NCBI GenBank assembly: GCA_934277615.1
Contig: CAKQUV010000001.1
Location: 121,035 to 185,034 of the forward strand
Origin: an uncultured Clostridia bacterium
Lineage (GTDB): Bacteria > Bacillota > Clostridia > Christensenellales > CAG-917
Direction of reading: 5' to 3'
DNA length: 64,000 bases
In this document: piece by piece, positions 39,416-48,283 of the stretch
Position numbering within the stretch: the stretch's first letter is position 1
How the letters are laid out: each line of letters begins with the position of its first letter
Made by a program: the position numbers and the translations under genes
Notes under the pieces: generated by a model
The model's database searches: none
What the model was told of the DNA's origin: nothing
Seen by the model: the letters and a program-made list of their open reading frames with translations, nothing else

Positions 39416-40825
39416 CTATCTCTTTACACGTTGTCTTGAATTGAACAAATAGTATTCTTCTGCGGCATCGTCAAACGCCTTTTCGTCCTCCTGGACGGGT
39501 TCGGGCGGTGGCAAAGCCTGTCTGATGTGGTTGATTTTATCTATAAGCACCTCTACGTCGCTCTTCCCTGCCACATCTTCCACCTTTTCGTCCGGAACGA
39601 CCGTATTTATATCGTTGGAATAGGACTTAGACAGATACAGCGCAAGTTTTGCACACGCCGGGCCTATAAGTTCATACAGCACGCTGGATGCAAGTATTAT
39701 GGTTTCCAGCGCGCTTCCCGTATCGCCGCCGATCGTTCTCGAAGCAAGCGTGGCAAGACCAATGGCAACGCCTGCCTGCGGTATGAGCGCAAGCCCCAGA
39801 TAGTTGCGCACTTTCTTGTCCTTTTTGGTTACAAGACAGCCGAGGAAGGAACCGCCGTATTTGCCGAGTATTCTCACAAAGAAATACACGACGCCTATCA
39901 CGAGCAATGACACACCGCCCACCGATCCGCCGCTTGTAACGAGCGCGTCAAGTTTGAAATTCACTCCCGAGCGCACAAAAAACAACAGCAGTATAGGCGG
40001 CGAGAAATAGTTGAGTTGTTTGAAGAGTTTGTCGTCGCCGGACGTATTCATATACACCGTACCCATAGCCATACAGCCGAGAAGCGGTGACACGTCCATA
40101 AACGAGCATATCCCGCAAAAGCCGAATATCGTCGCAACGGCAATAATAAGACGGTTGTCCGTCGAGCGTTTGGATATGAGCAGTTTTAGCAAAAATCCGA
40201 GCAAACCGCCAACGACGAACGCCACGATATTGTACACGATAGGCAGCAATACGTTTCCCACGGTAACAGTGCCGGCAAGCGAGGCGGTTGCAACCGCAAT
40301 AGCCACGGAAAACGCCACAAGCCCCACCACGTCGTCCAGCGCCACTACCTGCAAAAGCGTATCCACAAAATCGCCTTTTGAATTGGTCTGTCTTATCGTC
40401 ATCATAGTGGACGCAGGCGCGGTAGCTGCCGCGAGCGCGCCGAGCACGATTGAGAACGGCAAGCTCAACCCGAGCGCAAAATACATCACCAAAAACACGA
40501 CAATGGAAGCAAGCAACGCCTCGAATACGGTTATAACGATATTTTTACCACCGTTCTTTTTGAGTGTGGACATTTTAAAGAACTCACCCGTACTGAACGC
40601 AATAAACGCAAGCGCGATATCCGCAAGGAAACTCATTCCTTCCACGACTTTGGTCGGGATAACATTGATGCAATACGGACCTATCAATATGCCCGCGATA
40701 ATATACCCCGTGACGTTGGGGAGTTTAAGTTTTTTTGTCAAGCGCGACATAACGTATCCCGCGATGAGCATGACCGCGACGGATATTATGACTTGCGATA
40801 CGCTTGAAAAATTTTGCAACAACAT
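39416..40825 (-). CDS. Cation:proton antiporter (CPA family)
   Basis: About 12 TM helices. It has a typical Na+/H+ exchanger N-terminus (LPNVTGYIIAGILIGP) and a soluble acidic tail. Confidence 0.8.
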   Translation of the reverse strand: MLLQNFSSVSQVIISVAVMLIAGYVMSRLTKKLKLPNVTGYIIAGILIGPYCINVIPTKVVEGMSFLADIALAFIAFSTGEFFKMSTLKKNGGKNIVITVFEALLASIVVFLVMYFALGLSLPFSIVLGALAAATAPASTMMTIRQTNSKGDFVDTLLQVVALDDVVGLVAFSVAIAVATASLAGTVTVGNVLLPIVYNIVAFVVGGLLGFLLKLLISKRSTDNRLIIAVATIFGFCGICSFMDVSPLLGCMAMGTVYMNTSGDDKLFKQLNYFSPPILLLFFVRSGVNFKLDALVTSGGSVGGVSLLVIGVVYFFVRILGKYGGSFLGCLVTKKDKKVRNYLGLALIPQAGVAIGLATLASRTIGGDTGSALETIILASSVLYELIGPACAKLALYLSKSYSNDINTVVPDEKVEDVAGKSDVEVLIDKINHIRQALPPPEPVQEDEKAFDDAAEEYYLFNSRQRVKR

Positions 40826-40963
40826 CTTTTCACCTCGACTTTTCCGTTTATTTTTCGGATTTGTCTTGCCAAGTTGGTAATGTTATGTTATGATTTTGTC
40901 ATCATAAAGTCAAATTATTGATGTTTATATGTTGATAACTATTCATAATAATTGAGGTGTATT

Positions 40964-41872
40964 ATGTCATTGCTTGACGACAGACTTGACACGCTTATCA
41001 CCGTGTGCGAAACAAAGAACTTTACAAAAGCAGGCGAGATTTTATCGCTTACCCAACCTGCGGTAAGCCAACACATAAAGAAATTGGAAGAAGAACTCAA
41101 CACAACGCTTTTTTTGCGTAAAAAGGGTGAATTGGTCCTCTCTCCAGAGGGCGAAATCGCGCTATTGTATGCGCGGAGAATGAAAGCCCTTGCCGAAAAG
41201 ATGCAAGAAAAAATCAAGAACGCCAAGTACAACATCAGCAAAATCCGCATAGGCATCACTCACACGCAAGAGAGCGGTTTTATGGTCGAGGCTTTGTCCA
41301 AAATGGCGCTCGGCGACGATAATCTAAACATAACGCTAATAACTGACAATATAAAAAATCTTTATGATATGTTGGAAAATTTTGAAATCGATATCGCAAT
41401 TATCGAGGAAAAACCCACCAATCCGTCTTTCAACTTTATGGTTATCGACACGGATATGTTGCTTTGCATGACCTCGCCACAGAATCCGCTTGCCAAAAAG
41501 ACGGCAATCACCCTGTCCGAGCTCAAAAAGCAACACCTTATCTTGCGCTTGCCCTCTTCTTCCACCCGTGAGAAGTTTGAAAGCGCCCTCACGTCTATAG
41601 GCGAATCCCTTGACGACTTTGACGTAACAATTGAGGTTGACAGCATCGCCACCATCCGCAATCTCGTCAAAAAAGACATCGGCGTATCAATACTTTCAAA
41701 GAGCGCGTGTTACAAGGAAATCAACAAAGGCTCGCTCGTCGCGCTTCCGATAGAAAACCTGAGCATGATTCGAGAAACCGCGATAGTCTATCACCGCACG
41801 TTCTCACATCCAAACATCATAGAAGGCATATCCAGAGCGTACAACGATATGGCAAACATGCTCAAAAAGTAA
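40964..41872 (+). CDS. LysR-family transcriptional regulator
   Basis: The HTH is FTKAGEILSLTQPAVSQHIKKLEEEL, followed by a LysR substrate-binding domain. It is divergent from the antiporter-mgtC operon. Confidence 0.85.
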   Translation: MSLLDDRLDTLITVCETKNFTKAGEILSLTQPAVSQHIKKLEEELNTTLFLRKKGELVLSPEGEIALLYARRMKALAEKMQEKIKNAKYNISKIRIGITHTQESGFMVEALSKMALGDDNLNITLITDNIKNLYDMLENFEIDIAIIEEKPTNPSFNFMVIDTDMLLCMTSPQNPLAKKTAITLSELKKQHLILRLPSSSTREKFESALTSIGESLDDFDVTIEVDSIATIRNLVKKDIGVSILSKSACYKEINKGSLVALPIENLSMIRETAIVYHRTFSHPNIIEGISRAYNDMANMLKK

Positions 41873-41948
41873 ACTTTAGTCCTGCGCGCATATTGACTTA
41901 TAAAAAGGATTTATTTATAATCTAATTATTCCGATAAGGAGAAAAAAT

Positions 41949-43178
41949 ATGAAACTCACAAAACTCAAAGACAACAAGGCGCAGAGTGCGCAATATATGC
42001 ACGGGTTTATATCCCACGTGATAAAATCCTTCGGGAAGCGCGACTGCGGTAGCAAAGGCGAAGTAGACGCGGTAAAATATATGGCGCAAGAAGTCGCGCC
42101 CTATGCAACCGACGTAAAAACTGAGCCGTACGACGTGCACACTCTTGCATTTATGGGCTGGATTTACATCACCGTAACGCTCATTCTCGGCGCTTTCGTA
42201 AGCGCGTTCTTTATGCCGATGCTCTCAATTATCCTCATTTGCGTAGGCATGGCGCTTATGGTTCTGGAATTCGTATTCTACCGTCAAGTGGTAGATTTTC
42301 TCTTCCCCAAACGCCAATCTCTCAACATGACCGCAATCAAAAAGCCGCAAGGCGAAGTCAAACGTCGCGTGCTCATATCGGGACACGCGGACGCGGCATA
42401 CGAGTGGACTCTCAACTATTATTTGGGCGGGAAAGCGTTTATCGCGCACTTCCTCATCTCCATTATCGGTATTCTGTACTTTATGGCAGTCGCAATCGCG
42501 GCGTGCGTAAAGGGCGCAATTTTCACGCCTATCACCGACCGGGCAATATTTATCGCGCTTTGCTGCAGCGGCGTATTCGTGCCGTTCTGGATACTTATGT
42601 ACTTCCTCTTCAATCCTCGCGTGATTGCAGACGGCGCAACGGACAACCTAACGGGTTGCGCAATGGGCATAAGTTTCCTCAAAGCGCTCAGCGACAACGG
42701 CATAGAGTTTGAAAACACCGAAGTCGGCTGCATTTGCGCAGGCGGCGAAGAGGCAGGTTTGCGCGGCTCCAAAGCATGGGTGAAAGCGCACAAAAACGAC
42801 TTCAAAGACTGCCCCACCACAATACTTTGCATCGATACTATTCGCGAGGACGACCATATTTTGGTCAACTACAAGGATATGAACGGCTTTATCAAATGCG
42901 ACCCCGAAGCAACCGAGCTTTGGCTGGATGCGTGCAAGGAAGAAGGTATCCCCTGCAAAAAAGGCAGCGTGGCTCTCGGCGCAACGGACGCGGCGGCTTA
43001 TACGCAAGGCGGCTTCAACAGCGTTTGCGTAACCGCAATGAACTTCAATCTTCCCAGATACTACCACACTCGCCTCGACGTCGCAGAGGACGTAAACGAG
43101 GATTGCCTTGCCAAAACTTTCAGCGTGCTTTGCTCCTTCGTTGAGAAAATCGACGACCTCGCTCAAAAAGAAAACTGA
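41949..43178 (+). CDS. Membrane-embedded M28-family metallopeptidase (paralog of 8652..9974)
   Basis: Motifs are SGHADAAYEW, TDNLTGCAMG, GGEEAGLRGS and YHTRLD, with the same inserted TM bundle. Confidence 0.75.
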   Translation: MKLTKLKDNKAQSAQYMHGFISHVIKSFGKRDCGSKGEVDAVKYMAQEVAPYATDVKTEPYDVHTLAFMGWIYITVTLILGAFVSAFFMPMLSIILICVGMALMVLEFVFYRQVVDFLFPKRQSLNMTAIKKPQGEVKRRVLISGHADAAYEWTLNYYLGGKAFIAHFLISIIGILYFMAVAIAACVKGAIFTPITDRAIFIALCCSGVFVPFWILMYFLFNPRVIADGATDNLTGCAMGISFLKALSDNGIEFENTEVGCICAGGEEAGLRGSKAWVKAHKNDFKDCPTTILCIDTIREDDHILVNYKDMNGFIKCDPEATELWLDACKEEGIPCKKGSVALGATDAAAYTQGGFNSVCVTAMNFNLPRYYHTRLDVAEDVNEDCLAKTFSVLCSFVEKIDDLAQKEN

Positions 43179-43256
43179 TCGATAACGCCTCGCAAACTCG
43201 CAAATTTGCGCCACATCGCAAAGTATGCAAAAACTCTTTTATCACAACATCCACAA

Positions 43257-43285
43257 ATCCCCCGACGATGTCGGGGTTTTTGTTT
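43257..43285 (+). terminator. Intrinsic terminator
   Basis: Stem ccccgac/gtcgggg with loop gat, then tttttgttt. Confidence 0.7.
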
Positions 43286-43405
43286 GCGCCTTATATCGGT
43301 CTGCGCAACAAAACATGTTAGAATTTGAAAAATAAAAACGGCAAATCGAAAGCGTGCGGACAGAAACATAAATCGCAATATTTTTTTCAATATTTGCGAA
43401 AGAAC

Positions 43406-43434
43406 TTGTCAAAACCGTTTTTTTGAGTTACAAT
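43406..43434 (+). promoter_or_regulatory. Sigma-A-type promoter upstream of the tRNA-Pro repeat array
   Basis: TTGTCA, a 17-nt spacer, then TACAAT. Confidence 0.5.
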
Positions 43435-43487
43435 ACCTATGCTGTTTGAGAGAAATGCGCAAAATGCGGCAATCTCAAAGGCAGTAA

Positions 43488-43904
43488 AAAACAATTTAAT
43501 GATTCTAATCGGGGTATAGCGCAGTTTGGTTTGCGATAAGCAACGACCGCAAACAAAGTTGTTCCGTATCCGACATCGTCACCTGTCGCGTTGTGTCGAA
43601 AACGCAAGACCTGACGGAAATGCGCGAGCGCGCTCCCAAACATAAGGACACGCCGTCGAATAAAGGCAGTAATGATACAAACTTAATAATTCTAATCGGG
43701 GTATAGCGCAGTTTGGTTTGCGATAAGCAACGACCGCAAACAAAGTTGTTCCGTATCCGACATCGTCACCTGTCGCGTTGTGTCGAAAACGCAAGACCTG
43801 ACGGAAATGCGCGAGCGCGCTCCCAAACATAAGGACACGCCGTCGAATAAAGGCAGTAATGATACAAACTTAATAATTCTAATCGGGGTATAGCGCAGTT
43901 TGGT
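43488..43904 (+). repeat. Tandem 187-bp duplication carrying the first 21 nt of tRNA-Pro
   Basis: Units 43510-43696 and 43697-43883 are identical by eye. Each begins cggggtatagcgcagtttggt, as does the real tRNA at 43884. A partial diverged copy lies upstream. Confidence 0.9.
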
Positions 43905-43960
43905 AGCGCGCTTGACTGGGGGTCAAGAGGCCATGGGTTCAAGTCCCGTTACTCCGACCA
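43884..43960 (+). tRNA. tRNA-Pro (anticodon GGG)
   Basis: Hand-folded cloverleaf: acceptor cggggta/tactccg, D arm gcgc-agtttggta-gcgc, anticodon arm cttga-CUGGGGG-tcaag, T arm atggg-ttcaagt-cccgt. CCA is encoded. Length is 77 nt. Confidence 0.9.
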
Positions 43961-43969
43961 CAAACTTCG

Positions 43970-44002
43970 CTGAGTGCATACATTGTGTGCACTCAGTTTT
44001 TT
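43970..44002 (+). terminator. Intrinsic terminator after tRNA-Pro
   Basis: Stem ctgagtgca/tgcactcag, then tttttt. Confidence 0.8.
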
Positions 44003-44221
44003 ATATCCGTTCAACTTGCGCTTGCGCAAACGTTGAAACGGATATAAAAACAAGCACGCCTTGCGTGCCGAAGTTTGTGTAGTGGAACGAGCCATTAGGC
44101 GAAGTACCACAAAACTATCGTAGCAGAGTACCTCTGCCAAGTTTCTTGAATTGGAACGAACGAAGTGAGTACCACAAAACTTCATCGTTTCTTATCGAAT
44201 CTATCAAATGACGTTCAAAAA

Positions 44222-44250
44222 TTGATTTTTTGCAATCGTTGTGTTATTAT
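44222..44250 (+). promoter_or_regulatory. Possible sigma-A promoter for tRNA-Arg
   Basis: TTGATT, a 17-nt spacer, then TATTAT, ending 12 nt before the tRNA 5' end. Confidence 0.45.
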
Positions 44251-44262
44251 AAAAGCACTCAA

Positions 44263-44339
44263 GTTTCCGTAGCTCAGCAGGATAGAGCGTTCGCCTCCTA
44301 AGCGAAAGGCCGTGGGTTCGACTCCCGCCGGGAACACCA
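44263..44339 (+). tRNA. tRNA-Arg (anticodon CCU)
   Basis: Hand-folded cloverleaf: acceptor gtttccg/cgggaac, D arm gctc-agcaggata-gagc, anticodon arm ttcgc-CUCCUAA-gcgaa, T arm gtggg-ttcgact-cccgc. CCA is encoded. Length is 77 nt. Confidence 0.9.
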
Positions 44340-44726
44340 ATCACACCCCCACAGGGGTGTGTTTGTTTTTCTTGCGGTAGTTGTGCGCCTTGCGCACGTG
44401 CTTCGCACTCGACCCCACTTCCGTGGCTGACGCTTCGCTATTCCGTCATTCCATTCCTTACGACTCCCGCCGGGAACACCAATCACACCCCCACAGGGGT
44501 GTGTTTGTTTTTCTTGCGGTAGTTGTGCGCCTTGCGCACGTGCTTCGCACTCGACCCCACTTCCGTGGCTGACGCTTCGCTATTCCGTCATTCCATTCCT
44601 TACGACTCCCGCCGGGAACACCAATCACACCCCCACAGGGGTGTGTTTGTTTTTCTTGCGGTAGTTGTGTGCTTTGCGCACATGCTTTACACCCGCCCCC
44701 TCTTCCGTGGCTGACGCTTCGCTATT
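44319..44726 (+). repeat. Tandem 142-bp repeats, each starting with the last 21 nt of tRNA-Arg plus its terminator
   Basis: cgactcccgccgggaacacca occurs at 44319, 44461 and 44603. Each is followed by the hairpin cacaccccc-aca-ggggtgtg plus a T-run. Units 1 and 2 are identical. Unit 3 is diverged and is cut off at ~44726 by the stop codon of the first island gene. Confidence 0.9.
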
Positions 44727-47172
44727 CAACCTCATCCAACATTTTTGTAAGCTCTTCTATACAGTTGTCATACTCGTTATTGTCTGGATCAATTCTTTTT
44801 AACCAACTATACATTAATATGCCTTTTTCAATAGGAATACGATGTCTGTCAACGTAAGACAAAATGCGCCAAGCTTCGGCTACATCTTTTATGTCGTCGA
44901 TCATTTCCAACGTTATGTGTGCTTTTCCGTCTTCGGTTGGTGCCATTGTGGCGTTTAAACATTTCTCAATGATGGGAATCATTACGTTTATTGCTCTCAA
45001 ATAATGCTCTCGAATATCGTATAATTCCTCTTCTGTCATTTCGAGATCGTTTGAGTTTTTAGATTCAGCTCTGTCCATCTGTTTTTCTAACAGTGTGGAC
45101 GCAATCGCCATATTCCCCTTGTATATACTTCTTCTACATTCGGGGAAATCGGCTTTAGACAGAACCTTGTTTAGTAAATCGATAGATTCTTTATAACACG
45201 ATAGTTCTTCCTCGATTTTTCCTTGTGCATGATTTAATTTTGCTATGTGACTATAACAATTCGCTTTATCGCTATAATCTTCCACAGCATCAGACTGTTT
45301 CAATACTTGCTCAATGTAGCCAATCGCCTCGGAAAACCATGCTTTGGCATCTTCAAACTCATTTAGCTTTGTGCACTCAATCCCTGCTCTGAAGCAAACA
45401 ACAAAAGCCACTCTATAATACGGCAGTTTTTGCTTGTCTATTAAAAAACGCTTAATCAACTCCATTGCCTTGTCATAGTAATCTAAGCTTGCTTCGCCAT
45501 TATAATCTGCGATGGCGCCGAGATTACTATACATTATTGCCATTACATATGCATTATCTTCTTTATTTCGCACAGACTCTCCGTGCGAATGATTTTGTAT
45601 TGAGAAAGCCGATTCTATATAGTCTTTAGCATATTCGAGATCTCCTGCCTTTAAAAACAGCGTCCCCAGATTATTATAAACTTCTGCCAAATAATCCCCT
45701 GCCGACTCAATATGATTTGAATAGCAGCGTTCCATTAAATCTTTTGCTTTTCTATAAGATTTTGCGGCAGCGGACATCTCGTTTTCAGTACTATAGCAAA
45801 ATGCCAATTTGTTATAACACAGGTTATAATAATAAAGAGTTTTTCCATTCAATTTACTTTCATCTATTAACGATAAAAGTTTTATCGCCTCTTCAAGTTT
45901 TTCTATCGCTTGATTCAATCTATAAATCTCTATCAACAAACTTGCACAATTGCAAATAGATCCGACATAATCCAAATACTCATCTTGATTATCCGGTGAG
46001 GCTTTATCTTTTTTTATTTCTATAATCGTGTTTTGGTATGCAATTGCTTTATCGTAATCAATAGAGACGCCATGCCCCCTATGATAAATGTCAACAAGCT
46101 TTTCTATTGCAGGTAAATAATTATATTCCGAACACTTTGTTAATATCGTTATCCCTTTTTCCGTATTAACCTCTACGTCTATACCGAATAAATACGCCAA
46201 TCCAATAAGGTATTTATGTTCAGGTAAAAAGTCGTTGTTTTTTACATTTAAATAAGACAAGGCGTCTATCAGTGAACTGTCGAAAACAGGTTTGTCGTGA
46301 ACGTTTACCAATTCGGGAATATCATCAAACGCATCAAACACCGATTGTTTATTCGTTTCCACCAACTCTACCGGGAATATGTATTTACCTCTCGCTTTTG
46401 CAATAGGATACTCTGTGGTAATAATATAATTGAGTTCATTGACTACGTTTGGAGTGATCACCACGGAAAAAACATCGCATTTGTCGATCTCCTGCTCTAT
46501 TTCATAATTAAAGTTTTCTCCGGGCGTTAAAAATTCGTCATACCAAACCCCGACATCTTCAAGTTTATCGTTTTCATGCATCAACTTTATGAATTCATTG
46601 GCGTATTTTCTGTCTTTTTTTCTATAACTAACAAACACATGCGCATCGAATTCTGATTTTATTTGTTCGATTGTTTCATCTTCCAATAAAACAGATTTTA
46701 AAAATCTTTCCAGCTTCTTGGAAAATGGAATTGAAGTATTGTCCAAGTCAAATCTGGACATGAATTGGACATTGCCAAAAATCTTATTATATGATTCTAA
46801 AATATCTGTCTCTTGTAAAATCGGTAAAATCGGGATACGTTTTTCTCTTATAAATACAAATTCTTTAGAATTTATCAAATTGCTATCACTTAAAAATCTA
46901 TTTGTAATCGGAATCACAATTAGTTGCATTTGTCCCAACGTCAATTCCAAATCATCCTCTATATATTCGCTCGAATCCGGCTTATACCAAATAGAACAAT
47001 TTGCAACATCCAGAATATCCCTGCATATTTCGTCAAAAAACAATTTATAGTCTTCAGAGTGAGCGAAAAAATAAACCCTAGCCTTCCCCGTTGGCAAACT
47101 ATCCCCTCGAGTTTTGCATAATAATTGCATAATACTTAGCCCCTTTATCGTTAAATTAGCATAACGATTCAA
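44722..47172 (-). CDS. Tandem TIR-like domains fused to Sel1/TPR repeats (816 aa)
   Basis: The first TIR-like module is RVYFFAHSEDY...CSIWYKPD...LIVIPIT. The second is canonical: HVFVSYRKKDRKYANEF...VGVWYDEFLTPGENF...DVFSVVITPNVVNE. Sel1-like repeats follow (IYHRGHGVSIDYDKAIAY), then a long TPR-like region. The gene is AT-rich. An alternative start is at 47130. Confidence 0.75.
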   Translation of the reverse strand: MNRYANLTIKGLSIMQLLCKTRGDSLPTGKARVYFFAHSEDYKLFFDEICRDILDVANCSIWYKPDSSEYIEDDLELTLGQMQLIVIPITNRFLSDSNLINSKEFVFIREKRIPILPILQETDILESYNKIFGNVQFMSRFDLDNTSIPFSKKLERFLKSVLLEDETIEQIKSEFDAHVFVSYRKKDRKYANEFIKLMHENDKLEDVGVWYDEFLTPGENFNYEIEQEIDKCDVFSVVITPNVVNELNYIITTEYPIAKARGKYIFPVELVETNKQSVFDAFDDIPELVNVHDKPVFDSSLIDALSYLNVKNNDFLPEHKYLIGLAYLFGIDVEVNTEKGITILTKCSEYNYLPAIEKLVDIYHRGHGVSIDYDKAIAYQNTIIEIKKDKASPDNQDEYLDYVGSICNCASLLIEIYRLNQAIEKLEEAIKLLSLIDESKLNGKTLYYYNLCYNKLAFCYSTENEMSAAAKSYRKAKDLMERCYSNHIESAGDYLAEVYNNLGTLFLKAGDLEYAKDYIESAFSIQNHSHGESVRNKEDNAYVMAIMYSNLGAIADYNGEASLDYYDKAMELIKRFLIDKQKLPYYRVAFVVCFRAGIECTKLNEFEDAKAWFSEAIGYIEQVLKQSDAVEDYSDKANCYSHIAKLNHAQGKIEEELSCYKESIDLLNKVLSKADFPECRRSIYKGNMAIASTLLEKQMDRAESKNSNDLEMTEEELYDIREHYLRAINVMIPIIEKCLNATMAPTEDGKAHITLEMIDDIKDVAEAWRILSYVDRHRIPIEKGILMYSWLKRIDPDNNEYDNCIEELTKMLDEVE

Positions 47173-47173
47173 T

Positions 47174-48262
47174 TTACTTCCCTCGTATTGCTATAGATAC
47201 AAACACCGCAAGTTCGCCGTCTTTGCCTATCGCTTGACTATGCTGTGCGTCAATCTGCTCTTTTATCGGCAAATCCCAGTCAAGCGTAACAAGCTCGTCC
47301 CCGAACACAAGCCGGAACAAACTCCCCTTTTTATCCAATGTCGCAATGTCCCCGTTAAAACTGCAAAGCGAATTGTCATTCCCAAATTTTTTGACAATGC
47401 CTCTTTTGTTGTAATGCGCAAATACTCTTAGCAATACCGCAAGCGGCGTATCCGACAAATCCGCCTTCACCATAACGGTGGTATGTACTTTGTTCAGCCA
47501 CAACGGTATCTCTTTCGGGCGTTCCTCTTTTCCCACGAGTTTTTTCCTCAAATCGTCGATTTGCGACATAATTGCGCTCACTTCGGTATCTTCTGCCAAA
47601 GGCGTTTCATCCGCGGATTCTTCACTTTGCGGTTCTTCCTCTTGCGACACTCTCGCATTGGCAATGATTTTGGAAAGTTCCTCCTCTTCCTTCTCTTCCT
47701 CGGCTTTTCTCGCCGCTGCGGCCCTTTCCTGCCGTTCACCTTCCGCGTCCATCTTCCGCTTCATTTCGGCTTTGTCCTTTTTGAACATGTTTACCATTTT
47801 GATGTAATCATCTTCGCCTATTGTGCCACGATACATATCTCCGTCCTGCACGACAAGCCCTCTCGCTTGCAAATACGCAAGCGTGGCGTCCACGTCGATT
47901 GCGGCGTCTTTTGACGCGGCGCGAAGCTCATCGACGGTCTTTCCTTCGAGATCTTCCAGCATTCTAATGACGTTAAATGCCTGCATATCTATCTCATACA
48001 TAATCTCTTTAAGCTCGCTGTTGGAGAACTCCTTTTTCCAATCTCCGTTCTCTTTGCGCACCTGCTCGATTTTCTCATTATCTTCCGTAACGGCAAACTC
48101 ACCGTCCCCGCTTTCCTCGATAATGCCTTTCCCCAGCAAATATCGCATAACGTCAAAAGCCTCTTCATAAGAGCAACTTCCGATAGCCGCCACGCTTTCG
48201 AGATTGACGGATTTTGTTTTCATCATTTTTCTGAGAGATCTTATCAACAGTCTATCGTCCAT
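47174..48262 (-). CDS. Hypothetical protein: two winged-helix-like modules, acidic coiled coil, beta-rich C-terminus
   Basis: The ORF stops 1 nt before the next gene. AFDVMRYLLGKGIIEE and ATLAYLQARGLVVQDG look like wHTH recognition regions. There is an EEKEEEE linker. No enzymatic motif was seen. Confidence 0.55.
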   Translation of the reverse strand: MDDRLLIRSLRKMMKTKSVNLESVAAIGSCSYEEAFDVMRYLLGKGIIEESGDGEFAVTEDNEKIEQVRKENGDWKKEFSNSELKEIMYEIDMQAFNVIRMLEDLEGKTVDELRAASKDAAIDVDATLAYLQARGLVVQDGDMYRGTIGEDDYIKMVNMFKKDKAEMKRKMDAEGERQERAAAARKAEEEKEEEELSKIIANARVSQEEEPQSEESADETPLAEDTEVSAIMSQIDDLRKKLVGKEERPKEIPLWLNKVHTTVMVKADLSDTPLAVLLRVFAHYNKRGIVKKFGNDNSLCSFNGDIATLDKKGSLFRLVFGDELVTLDWDLPIKEQIDAQHSQAIGKDGELAVFVSIAIRGK

Positions 48263-48283
48263 TTTACACCTTTCGCTTAGATA

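Noticed and set aside
43437-43830. ORFs 43437..43643 and 43579..43830 (identical N-termini) and ORFs 44381..44572 and 44523..44714 (near-identical)
   Set aside because: They read straight through the 187-bp and 142-bp tandem DNA repeats at the tRNA loci. The protein identity only reflects the DNA duplication, and no RBS is present.
43488-44726. Possible CRISPR array at the tRNA locus
   Set aside because: The units are 187 and 142 bp with no short repeat/unique spacer alternation. They contain tRNA fragments and terminators. No cas genes are present.
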